A model generated the notes under the pieces. It searched no databases and had not been told where the DNA came from. It saw only the letters and a list, made by a program, of their open reading frames with translations. The position numbers were made by a program, and so were the translations under genes. DNA of 64,000 nt, from assembly GCF_022045235.1 (NCBI RefSeq), contig NW_027266267.1, positions 42,656,001 through 42,720,000 of the forward strand, given 5' to 3'. Of the stretch, positions 48,601 through 62,368 are shown in pieces. The DNA is from Haliotis cracherodii. Lineage: Eukaryota. The stretch's first letter is position 1. Every line of letters begins with the position of its first letter.

Positions 48601-50149
48601 TCATAAAGTGATGATTTTGGATGAATAATGCCACATCAGTGTGACTGTGGGTGGTTTTATTACGACACTTATCAAGTCTGAATGAGTTTATGCCACAGCA
48701 CTGTGAGTATGTCCAGGTTGTGTACACTGACGCTGACTAAACAAATCTGAATTACTTTTGTGGTTTACTGCAGAAACATAGTTTAGATAGTTTAGACTTT
48801 AGATATTCTTCTTCAATGAAATTCTTCTGAGATTTGACTAATTTGTTTATTTAGAAAATGGCAATGAAGCGTCTGTTCTGTAAGTTCTTGCAAATACCAC
48901 TGGTTACTTTATGCTAGTTCCTCTTCTTGCTTGGTCAAATTTCAATTTGAGATATGTACCAATGAAATGTCATATAATCAATAAATATGACTTTTTTCCA
49001 AAACATTATTTGTTTTGCTTCATAAGCATAAAGAAATATAACACTGATCAGCCATAACATGGGTTCTGAACATATATAAAATATACTAATGCCCTGAATG
49101 TTTTCCTACAATTAATACAGCTCACTAAACAAAGGTTTTAGTTCCATGTTAGTAGACAAATGACATTGATATGTTTTTCTGTACTTTATTTAGGTGTTTT
49201 CTATGGATGCCATTAGTCGTATGCACCTATTTGGGACAGTTGTATTCTGTTTCGAACACCCATGAAACTACACTGACCAGATATAACAAGTACTGATACC
49301 ATTCCAAACCAATCTTTTAATTTCATCAGGGCCAAATGCCAAAGCACATAGCCAATGACTTTCCATTTTTTCTGAGTGGGAATGGTGTTATGCCACTTTT
49401 AGCCATATTGCAACAATATCACTGTGGGTGACACCAGCTATCAGCTTCACACATTTGTACCCATGTCGCGAATCGAACCAGTGATCGCCAAGTTTACGCT
49501 TCAACCACTAGGCTACCCAACTTCCCCTTTTTCTCATAACAAACAGGGGATATGAAAATTGAAGGATATCACCATACTGGAACTGATGTTTGTTCATTAA
49601 AAATGCGTAACATCTAAAAAGAACTTTATATGAAATTGAAAATTTGTCTTCTCCAAAATCTGCATGCCCATAGATCTCAGTTTTAGGAGGATATTTACAA
49701 CTAAAATAACACAGAATATTACAACAGCTATCAGATATGCACAGGCTAACATTAATAACCAGAAACAAGACATGAAGAAAATTTGCATCCGGATACTTTC
49801 CGGAAACCTTCAAATTTCTTGGTAATTTTCAGATAATTTCTTATATGTGTTTCACACTTAAGTGAACAAAATGCACCCCCCAAATTTTGACATTTTGTTT
49901 TGAAGGTTTCCGGAAGGTATCCGGGCCGGATCTAAAGTGAGAAGGTATCCGGGAGGTTTCCCGAAGGTTTCTGGATAACGAAACCCTCCACTTTTTTTGG
50001 TGCATCCCCTATTGGCCTACGTCCAATATGGCCTAAAGAAACAGAAATTACCTTTCCCATTTGGCCTACTACATATTATTTTAAACAACCTACACCCCTA
50101 TTGACAAAAATGGTTCGGTTTGAGCTTAATTAGTCTCTTGTTATTTCAC

Positions 50150-50683
50150 ACAGGCTTCTTCAGTATGTTCAGTCACGGAGAGGTGGTCGACCCGGAGACA
50201 ATACAAATAGTCTTTGAATGTTCCGGACGTATGGTTCGAAGCTATTGAGGCTTTAGAACAGGCTGAGGTTGAGAGTCCTGCATTTCAACTGTTCAATGAT
50301 TATGTCGTGTCAAACTGGGTTGGGGATGATGCTAGATTTGGTGTTGAAATCTGGAGTCACAATGACAATGTTGGTCCAAGAACTAATAATCATATGGAAG
50401 GTTGGCACAGCCACTTGAATGCCAAGATGAACTCTGCCCACCCAACAATGTTCAGCTTCCTGGGTGTCTTGAAATCACTGGAAGCTAGCCACACCAAACA
50501 TCTAGCCAAGCTGGTCCATTGTGCCAAGCCCCCACCGTGGAGGAGAAAATATGTGTACCTCGATGGTCAGCTGCTCGGACTCCGAGACAGACACCAGCCA
50601 GGAGAAATATCTTCCTTGGCATTAGCAGATGCAGTAGGAATTCTTATTAAATTACATAAAAAAGATTATGTTAGTTTGCTGTG
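50150..50683 (+). mobile_element. Mutator-like (MULE) transposase C-terminal fragment
   Basis: FNDYVVSNWV...WSH...PRTNNHMEGWHSHLN...HPTMFSFL motif. Confidence 0.75.
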
Positions 50684-51177
50684 CAATCAAACAACTCATC
50701 CGTCGTCTCCATGGGGACAGGGCAATCAACACCATGAACAACCTCACAGTTTGCTTGACAACAGTATAAAATAGCAATACACCTGGGGGAAATTGAAGAT
50801 AAAAAATATACAAATGTATCAATGACGTATGCTATCCCAAAATAAGATAATTACTTTTCAGAAATAATGTAAGATTCTGATGATATAATGAATATATTAT
50901 AGCATCCAATTACTTCTGACTTCTTGTGAATAAACAAGTAACTGTTTACTCTAAGAAAACTAATAACAGACCTTGTGTTTTCTCAAGAGAATTTTGTAAT
51001 TGTTTTGGAAAGATGTAGAAATGTGGAATTATAGACATATTAAATATACAAAGAATAATAACCAAATGTTGTTGGTTGTCAAATGAATAGTGATGTCATA
51101 ACATGTATTCATAACCTAATTAAAACATTGTCGCAAACGTTGTGCCAGGTAGAAAGATAAGTGAAAAGACCACTGAC

Positions 51178-51453
51178 ACCCGTGAAGATCCGGGGTAGAA
51201 TAGGTCTTCAGCAACCCATGCTTGCCGTAAAAGGCGACTATGCTTGTCGTAAGAGGCGACTAACGGGATCGGGTGGTCAGGCTCGCTGACTTAGTTGATG
51301 CATGTCATCGATCCCAATTATGTGGATCGATGCTCATGATATCAATCACTGGATTGTCTGGTTCAGACTTGATTATCTACAGACCGCCGTCATATAGATG
51401 GAATATTGACGAGTGCAGCGTAAAACAACAAACCAACCAACCAACCAACCAAC
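51178..51453 (+). mobile_element. SINE-like family B
   Basis: Full-length; (CCAA)n tail; truncated duplicate at 40901-41052. Confidence 0.85.
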
Positions 51454-52441
51454 AAGACTACTGTTTGATATCCTGTACGTCTCAGAAGAAAGTTTAAAAG
51501 TCAACTATTGAAACTATCACATTATTTTATAAAATGTCAGGATTAAAAAGTTAACATTGACAAGACTCTCGATAGGATCACTGGGTAGTTAACTATGAAT
51601 CTACGTTCATGCTCTCCCCTACACTGATATGACAAACAACTTGAAGTTCTAAGAACACAAAATTAAAGGCTCTCTTGGTACTAAATACTTGTTCATGTTT
51701 GTTTCACTCTTTACCTTATCCTCCACATAATTGTATTAAACACATGAACGAGATCTTTTATTAATTTATGCTGAGTGATAAACCACACACACTAATGGAA
51801 AATTATAAGGGTGGAGGTTTCAGAATAATACTAAAAGATATATACATTCTGTGAAGATACCTTAAGAACGTAAGTACAGTCTTCGACTTTAGCCACTAGT
51901 TCGAGGCCCGAGTCTAGTAAAAAATCTTCTGGTTCAGTAAGACCGCACACTACTAGTCCTTAAACGAAGACTAAAATATACTACAAATAATAGCAAAATG
52001 CATTTGTTGGCTGGTAGATTTTGGCACAGACTGTAAGTATAGTGACACAAAGTGGTTTTTTTCCCTTAGCTCCTAATTTTATTATACATAATTGGAATAA
52101 GAATGGTATTCACTTAGTAAAAAATAATAAATAACTATATTACTCTTGATGTTATTATAATAATCTGAATAAAAATGGTAATCACTCAACTAAAGACATT
52201 TGTATTATGGATGGCTTTATCCCATTTGACGTTCTGAAAAAAGCTGTGGTATTAAGGGAACAAAATTAAAATTGAACAGTGTGCATACCTTTGCTGGGCA
52301 CAACTATTCATTGTACAAAATGAAAACATAATGTGATACATAGGATAGACATAATACTTATTTGCTCTACCATTTGATCATCTCACTATTTTCCTTTGAC
52401 AGTAATCTTTCACGTGAGTTATATAGAATTGACAGCTGTGA

Positions 52442-52627
52442 GTGAGTGAGTGAGTGAGTGAGTGAGTGAGTGAGTATGGTTTTACGCCGCTTTTAGCAAT
52501 ATTGCAGCAATATCACGGCGGGGGACACCAGAAATGAGCTTCACACATTGTACCCATGTCGGGAATCGAACCCGAGTCTTCGGCATGACAAGCGAACGCT
52601 TTAACCACTAGGCTTCCCGACCGCCCC
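52442..52627 (-). mobile_element. SINE family A
   Basis: Long (TGAG)n tail; TSD ttgacagctgtgag. Degenerate copies also at ~14653-14805 and ~49380-49527. Confidence 0.88.
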
Positions 52628-53215
52628 TTGACAGCTGTGAGGTGTGAGTACCCGTGACGTAGGTCACGTTCTGCCACATCCAAGTTCAGGGTGGAGAGAC
52701 ATTTATTTTGATGTTATTATTGTTTACTGGGGGTAATTGCTAACTAACTAATAACACTTGCACATGTTAAATGTGTAATAGAACGTTACTCATAACGTTC
52801 GCTGTAGAAATATTTTCGTTTAGCATTTAAAAACCCTTTTCTATTACCCGTCACCTCTACAATAGAAATGATGGCATGTTCGATTTCCAAGAAATGACCT
52901 CACTCACAAAATTCCGAGAAATGACAGCCAGTCCACAGTGTACAACAGTTCGGTGGAAATTAAAACATCTCTCCTTGGACTAAGTTAGGAGTGTTATTTG
53001 TCATCTTTTTTGAAAATCTATGTGTTTTGAACACTTATTATGAACTACTCACGACTATGGTGGTTTTAATCTTGAACTTTAGTAATAATTGTTACATATA
53101 TAACTACCTGTGACCACTTTTCGGAATGTTCTAAGAATTCGGACCTGTGCACATGTGTTGTTACGCGTTGCAAGAGAGCGCCGTTTTCAAAGCGTTGTTG
53201 CCGTCATGGTAGAAT

Positions 53216-53284
53216 GGAGATAAACCTACTGTGTTTTCTACAGTGGGACTACATCACATTTCAAAACACAGTAGGTTTATCTCC
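53216..53284. repeat. Perfect 22-bp inverted repeat with 25-nt spacer
   Basis: ggagataaacctactgtgtttt / aaaacacagtaggtttatctcc. Confidence 0.9.
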
Positions 53285-54260
53285 TAAATGTTGAAAACAA
53301 CAGAACATAAGCTACCAGGAATGGTTCAATGAGTTTCCCAGATATTGTCATGCTGACGAGGAAGGAGATTTTGTAATACCGGGTATTACATATGCTAGTT
53401 TTTCCTTTAAAACACAAGAAATAGAATAGGGTGGTGGGTGATTCAAAGGAACACTAAAGAAATATTTTTTTCAAGACTTTCTACTCATTTCTACACGTAA
53501 TTGTTTTCTTTTTAAAGTTAGCCTTCTGAGATGAGGCACAAACACTCTCACACCTTTCATCTCTTATGCGTGGCATCTGTTACATCAACCTCAAAAAACA
53601 TTGTTTTTGCTTCTGTCATTATGAAAGATTTTATATAATTGTTACCACTAGAGTCTAACATGATAGTGATAGTAATATTAACAAAAATGACTTAGGGGCT
53701 TAATAATACAAACAAAAATAAACACACCAATTGCTAGAGGGCTGTCAAAATTTGGTGCTTAGACATGCCTTGAATAATACAAATTTTATTGTACCCCTTT
53801 TCACTCTTTGTCTTTGATGTTTAATGACACACTCAGTAACATTGAAAATTGATGGTTATTATAATTATATTACGCACATACCCTCCCATATATATATTTT
53901 GAACATCATTGCCTATTGTAAAATGCCATGAGTGTATACTCTTATATATTTTTGTATCAGAATACATTTGTCCCTTTATAACTCTCAAAAAATAGCATAA
54001 TATATTGTTTTTCCATTTGGCTTTTGCTATTTTTATGAAAAATACTGTGTCCAGAAGTGACCGTGATAGCTATTTAAGAGGACTTTTCCTGTATAGTTAA
54101 ATATGTCACCACCTCAAAAAGTAGATAGTCATATTTCAGGTTATAATATGATAGACAATCAAAAATACATTTGGGAGTGGCATCGTGCTTAGAAATTAAA
54201 CATGGCAATGGGTAATAATTACAAATAATAAGCAATACGACAATTTTTATACGAATTTGC

Positions 54261-54336
54261 ACTTACTCGTTTGCGATTTGAATAAAAACAGAAGAAATTG
54301 TAGTCCGGTTTAGGTCCGCGTTCCCACTTTTATAAG
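54261..54336 (-). promoter_or_regulatory. Candidate TATA-box promoter + short non-coding first exon
   Basis: Minus-strand TATAAAAG at ~54334-54327, followed ~60 nt later by ACGA|gtaagt at 54266. Confidence 0.25.
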
Positions 54337-55479
54337 CTGTGATATTTAGCTGCGATGGCGGACATCGAGTCAGTATCACTGCCTTTGACGCACTTTGCAA
54401 AACGGATTTAAAACATAAAACCCCACAAGAAGTGCAGGTGATTGTGTTCTTATAAATGTTTTCCCTCTAAATACATTAGTTGCATGCGACAGATATAATA
54501 TAATAATTCTCTGTGGTGTTATCCCAGTTCTGGTCGTTACACCATGCCATTCTGAATTTAACGACCAAACAAACACCATGTATTAAGGTCATTGTTACAA
54601 ATATGTAGATCATAGATACAGGTGTTTAGGTCATAATGAGGTCATAGTTACTGTATTTAGTCCAGAGTTACATCATTTAGGTAAGATTTACATATGTATA
54701 TAGATAAAAACAAGGATACATGGTGGAATCATAAACTCACAAGTATATGGGATCCTCCACAAAACTGTAATATTCTTTCCTCCATTGATGCTGTGATCGG
54801 GTTTTGATTAATGTGCGTGTGTCATTATTGATCATAATTTCACTCGCGTCTGCTGTTAATCGTTTGCTCATAGATCACCTTCGTATAAACAGAATATTAA
54901 AATAGTATCTTCATGGTGTCATTAAAAATCGCTGTACATTCAGGGACAAACGAGCCAAGGCACACTTGTTTATCTTCGATGACCTTCCACATCCAAACAG
55001 AGAGCCGTTCATGAATGGAGCATTGCGTTAACATGCACCTGTGTGACGCTGATGTCTCACCGGACATAATCAAACATCGACCTCTTTAATCAGTTCAGAT
55101 GCAATCTAGAGAAACAATATTCCTTTTCTTAGTGACAATAAACACGATATGGAACTACAATAAATGACGTCACTGAAGAATGACGTAATCAGGCAAGTGA
55201 ATGTGTGATTGTTCAATATGACACAAACATAACTACTTAGTGAATACCCAACCCGTTTAATAACAAAAGACTTGCATTAGACAGTATATAATATCATTAC
55301 ATTGTGAGGACTATTTTTGGTCATTCGAATGTTATTCAGCTAAGTGGCTGAAATAATGCTGATGCGACGTTAAATTTTAACACACGTTCGAATGGTAGCG
55401 TCGCGATAGCACTGGACAAATGCAAACAACAAAGTCTACTCTGCTCCCAGACGCATTTTTATCCACTCCCAATTGACCC

Positions 55480-55651
55480 GACCGTCTCCGTGGTCTTGCG
55501 GTAGAGCGTCCGCCCGAAGAGCGGAAGGTCCGGGGTTCGATCCACGGTCGCGTCATACCAAAAGACGTTCATAGATGGTACTTGTTGTTACCCCGTCTGG
55601 CGCTCGGGATCAAGAGGCTAAAACAAGGACTGGTCGGCTCGGAGTCAGTAT
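55480..55651 (+). mobile_element. tRNA-derived SINE family D (V-SINE-like), 3' truncated
   Basis: tRNA-like head (ggtagagcgtccgcc...ggttcgatcc) followed by gtcataccaaagac...atggtac; family assignment from recall. Confidence 0.55.
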
Positions 55652-56790
55652 ACGAGTACAAATTATTGTTTACTGAGATCGCGGATATGTGTAAATCAAT
55701 TTCTTTCATCTAAAATAAATTTGCAGAAAAAATTCTTCTACATTCGATTATTTTGAGGCCGTCCTGGTATAAATGTGATTGTAACTAGTTCGGAAAACAA
55801 CATGTTCGTTCACACTAGATAAAAGGACAGTTTGTAACGTTTTTACGCAAGTCCCGGGGCGTCACACATTGCCGGGCTTATGAAACGTATCCATGCGCTG
55901 ACAAAGTCCGGAGTTCGTAACGTTCTATCAGCACAAAGATAACATAGCTCTCTGTGTGTGGTTGTAGGCCGGTACGAGCTGTCAGAAAACAAGGTGACGG
56001 CGGTTTGACGATATGACGGGGAGCCTGGGGCGATAGCTGTCATGTCGTAGTTATGTGCTCAGCGTTAACTATCCAACCTCTACTGGTCGCTACTATATCG
56101 TGAGTTTGAATTGGCCTCAGCCAAACAGCGCTTGTCGTCAGAGGCGGCGAGCTGACTTGGTTGATGCATGTAATCGTATCTCAACTGCTTAGGTAAATGC
56201 TCATGATATCAATCGCTGGATTGTCTGGTCCAGATCGATTTTTTACATACCGCCGTCACTAGAATATTGCCACGGAGTGGGGTGTTAAACAACAAACAAG
56301 GCTAACTACTACATATATATAGCACCCTTCGCAGTAAAGTTCTCTTATCATGGAGTTCAATGCTGATTTTATTCGAGCTTCAGTAGCCATGTCATACTGC
56401 ACATTACAGAATTCCGTGGACATGTTTATACGTAGTTCACAAACCATTTATATTCAAGTACACCAAATATGTCGATTGAAAATGTATTTTCCAAGTTTTC
56501 CAAGATCGAGTTTAATATCTCAGCCGTTGTTTCTGTTTGTAGAACCCAGCAATAGTCCGACAAGTCGACAACCTTGACGAAATTCAGTTTCAAATCGGTC
56601 ATTAAGTTATACTACGTGACTTGTGAAGCGTTCGATGTGCAATCGCAGTTGTCTTATCTTACACGTAAACTTCACCTGTGAAGATTCGGGTTAGGAAAGG
56701 TCTTCAGCAACCCATGTTTTCGTAAAAGACGACTATGCTTGTCGTAATAGGTGACTAACAGGATTGGGGATCAGGCTCGGTGACTTTGGT
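55652..56790 (+). repeat. Left arm of a >1-kb inverted repeat (partner ~61040-62368)
   Basis: Colinear reverse-complement similarity over the whole arm. Confidence 0.9.
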
Positions 56791-57039
56791 CATAAACCAC
56801 CCCTTGAATCATTAACCACCCCTCGAATCATAAAACACCCCTTGCAATTAGCATTATTTAGTACATCATGAGTCATTCTGGCCAGAATGTTGGCCGGGTT
56901 AAATAAAACAAAACAAATTGAAAGAGTAAACACAAATAAATATAATGAATCCACTTGAAATAAACTTCAGTAGAAAATTTGAAAATATGTTCAAACATTC
57001 ATAAAGAGAATCCCATTTATCAAACAGCAAGTTAAGAAC

Positions 57040-57600
57040 ATACAGTCATCAATAAATTTTGAGAATTACATGTATCTTACATAGTGTATAAACAAGGTCC
57101 GTAGGTCACATTTCTCAAAACCTGATTTAAGTAATCACAAACTAAAATATGAAACTGGTAGATATACAAAAACACCAACCCCATTGAAACGTTTCTGTAA
57201 AACATGTAACGTCTTAGAATAAGTCATCAATTAATATTGAGAATTACATGTATCTTTCGTATTGTAAAAAACAAAGCTCGTAGGTCACATTTCTTAAAAC
57301 CTGATTTAAGTAATTACAAACTAAAAAATGAAACTGGTAGATATACAAAAACACCAACCCCATTGAAACGTTTCTGTAAAACATATTACGTCTTAGAATC
57401 TTGTCTAAAATACAACCAAGAAAGAGAATCACAAATGATCCTCAATCATGAAAACGAATTCGGTACAATATGTCAAAAGGAACAATTCTTAATACTTTTT
57501 AACAACAGTTTTCCAGACACAATTTCCAAGATTTGTTATCATATCTACAATTATAAACAAATTCCTTTTGTGCAAAACATTACCATAGTTTTGCTCAATA
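57040..57600 (+). mobile_element. LINE C-terminal remnant with ~180-bp tandem duplication
   Basis: SNHKLKYETGRYTK...KRFCKTC encoded twice (~57050-57230 and ~57230-57400). Confidence 0.5.
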
Positions 57601-58428
57601 CTCATATTGTTTCCATATAACTATAATACACTTGTTTTAAAATAAAATTGTTATAAAATACCGCCTTTGTATGTTGAAAGCACCTGTGTGATTTTCAGTT
57701 ATTGTGCATATATTTTGTAGTTTGTGATAGTGTAATACTGCCACTGTTTCTACATAGAATGCTACGCAATACATATCTCATCTAAAACATCTCTGTTGTA
57801 TGATATTTAGTTACAGTTGTGTACGAATGCACGATTGGCCCAATTGCCCAAGGCGCTGCAATTCACTATGCAGAGTTGTGTCTCTTGGGTAGGCCAGAAA
57901 CTTATGAAAGTGTGTTCGAATCCCGGTTCGCCCAGTTCGTGCTCGTGGGTTTCACCAAAGTGGTGAACGTCTAAGACCTGCATCACTTTAGGCTTTCCTC
58001 AAACATCAAGCTGACACGCCGTGATATATGTCGAATACTATCCAAAGCGGCCTTAAACACAACTCACTCACTCACTCACTCACTCATCACTCTTGTGTAT
58101 GGTTCCGTTTGGTTAATTGGGTTTGTGTTGTAATTGCCTCGGGTTTAGATTTAAAGTATGTTTAGAAGAATGTTACAATGTTCAACTAATTGCCGTGAAT
58201 ATATCATGCAACCGTATTATATTCTAGGAAAGTAATTGCAAATTACAGACCAAAATGTTGATTTCTTATGTATCCAGACGCAAAGAACATATACGGTCGT
58301 ACAATCTCTGCCGGAAGTTAAAAAAACTGTCAAAACAAAAAAGCATGCAGAACAGTCAACTACCGCATGAAACGGTATGAATCATACATTACATACAGTG
58401 AACTACTTCAAAATGTGCTTAACTATGC

Positions 58429-58697
58429 GACCCGTGAAGATTCCGGGATAGAATAGGTATTCAGCAACCCATTCTTGCCGTAAAAGGCGACTATGCTTGT
58501 CGTAAAAGGCGACTAACGGGATCGGGTGGTCAGGCTCGCTGACTTGGTTAATGCATGTCATCGGTCCCAATTGCGTTGATCGATGCTCATGATATTAATC
58601 ACTGGATTGTCTGGTCCAGAGTCGATTATTTACAGACCGCCGTCATATAGTTGGAATATTGCTGAGTGCGGCGGTAAACAACAAACCAACCAACCAA
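58429..58697 (+). mobile_element. SINE-like family B
   Basis: Full-length; TSD gcttaactatgc. Confidence 0.88.
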
Positions 58698-59429
58698 GCT
58701 TAACTATGCACAGCAAGCACCATACATGTGATTTTGAAGGTAACTGATTACAAATTTCTCATATCAAACCCGTTGTTTTACATGTGTTACTGTGAAGGGA
58801 GAAAGAATGAATGCGTTTACATGTTTGACCTGAATTCCTCCCGGGAACCTTTCTCGCTGGCTGCCTGAATAACATACGATACATTGCAAAGGTAGTGCGC
58901 AATAGCGCTATTCGGGTAAGGAAGATAATCACTCACTCTCAGTGATACAGCTTGAATAAGATACTATGTACAGCACGTGGTCACACGTGATAAAGCTCTT
59001 TACTACGCCTATTGCTAAAGGAGATCATTGCTCAATGCGCAATAGTTTATTCTTACAAAATATAGACCGCTTAACTTTAGCGAAAGGAGGTATATTTCCC
59101 CTAAACATGTTCAGCTCTTTTAAAAACAAAATGAACAAATTGCATTACGAAACATGACTAAGTCACAGAATGTGACAGGCGATTGATTATAACATGTCCA
59201 GATTAAGTCACTCGCATTTCATTTTAAACACTCCAAAATGTTTAGAGAAACTAAAATGGCGCTCTCCAGACTAACCCTTATACGCCCCTCATGGGTACCC
59301 CAGAAAAAGAAACTATCTCAGGGAACGCCTATATTTACAAATATAAAGATAAAGCGGACATAAAATATATACTTGATTGTTGCATGTGGCGGAAATGTGA
59401 TTGCATTCTATGGCTACGGTCAAGGTAAT

Positions 59430-60850
59430 TCCGTTACTTACATACGCTTACAATGTCCCAGTCCGTCACTTACATACGTTTACACTGTCTCAGTCCATCA
59501 CTTACATTCATTTACAATGTCCCGGTCAATCACTTATATACGTTTACAATGTGCCAGTCTGTCAATTACATACATTTACAATGTCCCAGTCCATCAATTA
59601 CATACGTTTACAATGTCTCAGTCCGTCACTTACATACATTTACAATGTCTCAGTCCATCACTTACATACGTTTACAATGTCTCAGTCCATCACTTATATA
59701 CATTTGCAATGTCTCAGTCCATCACTTACTTACGTTTACAATGTCTCGGTCCGTCACTTACATACGTTTACAATGTCCCAGTCCATCACTTACATACGTT
59801 TACAATGTGCCAGTCTGTCACTTACATTCATTTACAATGTCCCAGTCCATCACATACTTACGTTTACAATGTCTCAGTCCGTCACTTACATACGTTTACA
59901 ATGTCTCAGTCCATCACTTACTTACGTTTACAATGTCTCAGTCCATCACTTACATACATTTACAATGTCTCAGTCCGTCACTTACATTCATTTACAATGT
60001 CCCAGTCCATCACTTACTTACGTTTACAATGTCTCAGTCTGTCACTTACATACGTTTACAATGTCCCTGTCAATCACTTATATACGTTTACAATGTGCCA
60101 GTCTGTCAATTACAGACATTTACAATGTCCCAGTCCATCAATTACACACGTTTACAATGTCTCAGTCCATCACTTACATACATTTACAATGTCTCAGTCC
60201 ATCACTTACATACATTAACAATGTCTCAGTCCATCACTTACATGTACATACGTTAACAATGTCTCAGTCCGTCACTTACATACGTTTACAATGTGCCAGT
60301 CCATCACTTACATACGTTTACAATGTCCCGGTCAATCACTTATATACGTTTACAATGTGCCAGTCCGTCACTTACATACGTTTACAAAGTCCGAGTCCAT
60401 CACTTACATACGTTTACAATGTACCAATCCATTACTTACATACATTTACAATGTCTCAGTCCATCACTTACATACATTAACAATGTCTCAGTCCATCACT
60501 TACATGTACATACGTTAACAATGTCTCAGTCCGTCACTTACATACGTTTACAATGTGCCAGTCCATCACTTACATACGTTTACAATGTCCCGGTCAATCA
60601 CTTATATACGTTTACAATGTGCCAGTCCGTCACTTACATACGTTTACAAAGTCCCAGTCCATCACTTACATACGTTTACAATGTACCAATCCATTACTTA
60701 CATACATTTACAATGTCCCAGTCCATCTATTACATACGTTTACAATGTCTCCGTCAGTCACTTACGTTTACAATGTCCTAGTCCATCACTAACATACGTT
60801 TACAATGTGCCAGTCAATCACTTATATACGTTTACAATCTGCCAGTCTGT
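59430..60850. repeat. 32-bp minisatellite (ttacaatgtctcagtccatcacttacatacgt), ~44 copies
   Basis: Period 32; minus strand reads GTAAGT in most units. Confidence 0.93.
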
Positions 60851-60907
60851 TGAAAACCGTTGCAGCGGGAACATTTATCAAACCTTCAACGACCAATAAA
60901 ATTCAAG

Positions 60908-61158
60908 TTTTTTTGTTTGTTTGTTTGCTGTTTAACGCCGCTCTCAGCGATATCCCAGCTACATTACGGCGGTCTGTATTTAATCGAGACTTGACCATAC
61001 AATCCAGTGATTGACATTATGATCATCCATCTATGCAATTCATCCAAGTCACCGAGCCTGATCACCCGAACCGGTCCGTTGCCTTTTACGACAAGCATTC
61101 CCGCCTTTTACGGCAAGCATGGGTTGTTGAAGACCTATCCTATCCCGGATCTTCACCT
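60908..61158 (-). mobile_element. SINE-like family B
   Basis: Reverse-complement match; overlaps the right arm of the large inverted repeat. Confidence 0.75.
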
Positions 61159-62368
61159 GTAAGTTACGATAATTGCGATTACACATCGAACGCTTCACAA
61201 GTCACGAAGTATTAATCAATGACTGATTTGAACCTGTATTTCGTCAAGGTTGTCGAATTGTCGGTCTACTGCTGGGTTCTACAAACAGAAACAACGGCCG
61301 AGATATTAAACTCGATTGACCCGCAGGGCAAAATACATTTTGAACCGAAATATTTGGTGTATTTAAAGACGAATGGTTTGTGAACTACGTATAAACATGT
61401 CCACGGAATTCTGTAATGTGCAGTATGACATGGCTACTGAAGCTCGAATCAAGTCAGCATTGGACTCTATGACAAGAGAACTTAAATGCGAAGGGAGCTA
61501 TATATGGAGTGCTTAGCCTTGTTTGTTGTTTAACGCCCGACTCCGTGGTAATATTCCATCTATATGTGACGGCGGTCTGTAAATAATCGATCTTGACCAG
61601 ACAATCCAGCGATTGATATCACGAGCATTTACCTAAGCAGTTGAGATACGATTACATGCATCAACCAAGTCAGCTCGCCGCCTCTGACGACAAGCGCTGT
61701 TTGGCTGAGGCCAATTCAAACTCGGGATATAGTAGCGACCAGTAGAGGTTGGATAGTTAACGCTGAGCGGCACATAACTACGACATGACAGCTATCGTCC
61801 CAGGCTCCCGTCATATCGTCACACCGCCGTCACCTTGTTTTCTGACAGCTCATACCCCTATGTAAGTTGCTATGTCAACTTTAAAGTGAATAAACAAGAA
61901 GAGTGAACTTCTAATAACCTTCTTTATTTGGGTCCATGTGTTTTCATACAAGAGCGCGGCTTCCGGTGGTTGGCCATGCGCTGTGCAAGGGAGGTAACCC
62001 CAGCTGTAGCTGTATGGCGCTTACCGCTAGTTAAGATATAAATCTACACCCTCCACAACAACACACAGAGAAATATATTAGTTCTGATGGAACGCGACGA
62101 ACTCCGGGCTTTGTCAGCGCATGGATACGTTTCATAAGCCCGGCAATGCGTGACGTCCCGGGACATGCGTAAAAACCTTACAAAATGTCCTCTCATCTAG
62201 TGTGAAAGAACATGCTTTTTACGAACTCGATAATATCCCATCTATACCAGGACGGCCTCCAAATAATCGAATCTAGAACATTTTTTTCTGCAAATTTATT
62301 TTAGATGAAAGAATTTGATTTACGTCTCAAATATCCATGATCACTGTAAACAATAATAAGCACTCTTA
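61040..62368 (-). repeat. Right arm of the inverted repeat (extra ~190-bp insert at ~61857-62050)
   Basis: For example 55741-55770 matches the reverse complement of ~62244-62272. Confidence 0.9.

Noticed and set aside
52908-52985. Alternative candidate first coding exon ending ...CGLAVISRNF|gtgagt
   Set aside because: No in-frame ATG after the upstream stop.
59373-60899. Multiple overlapping ORFs, and a possible CRISPR array
   Set aside because: Contiguous 32-bp tandem units without unique spacers; eukaryotic context with no cas genes.
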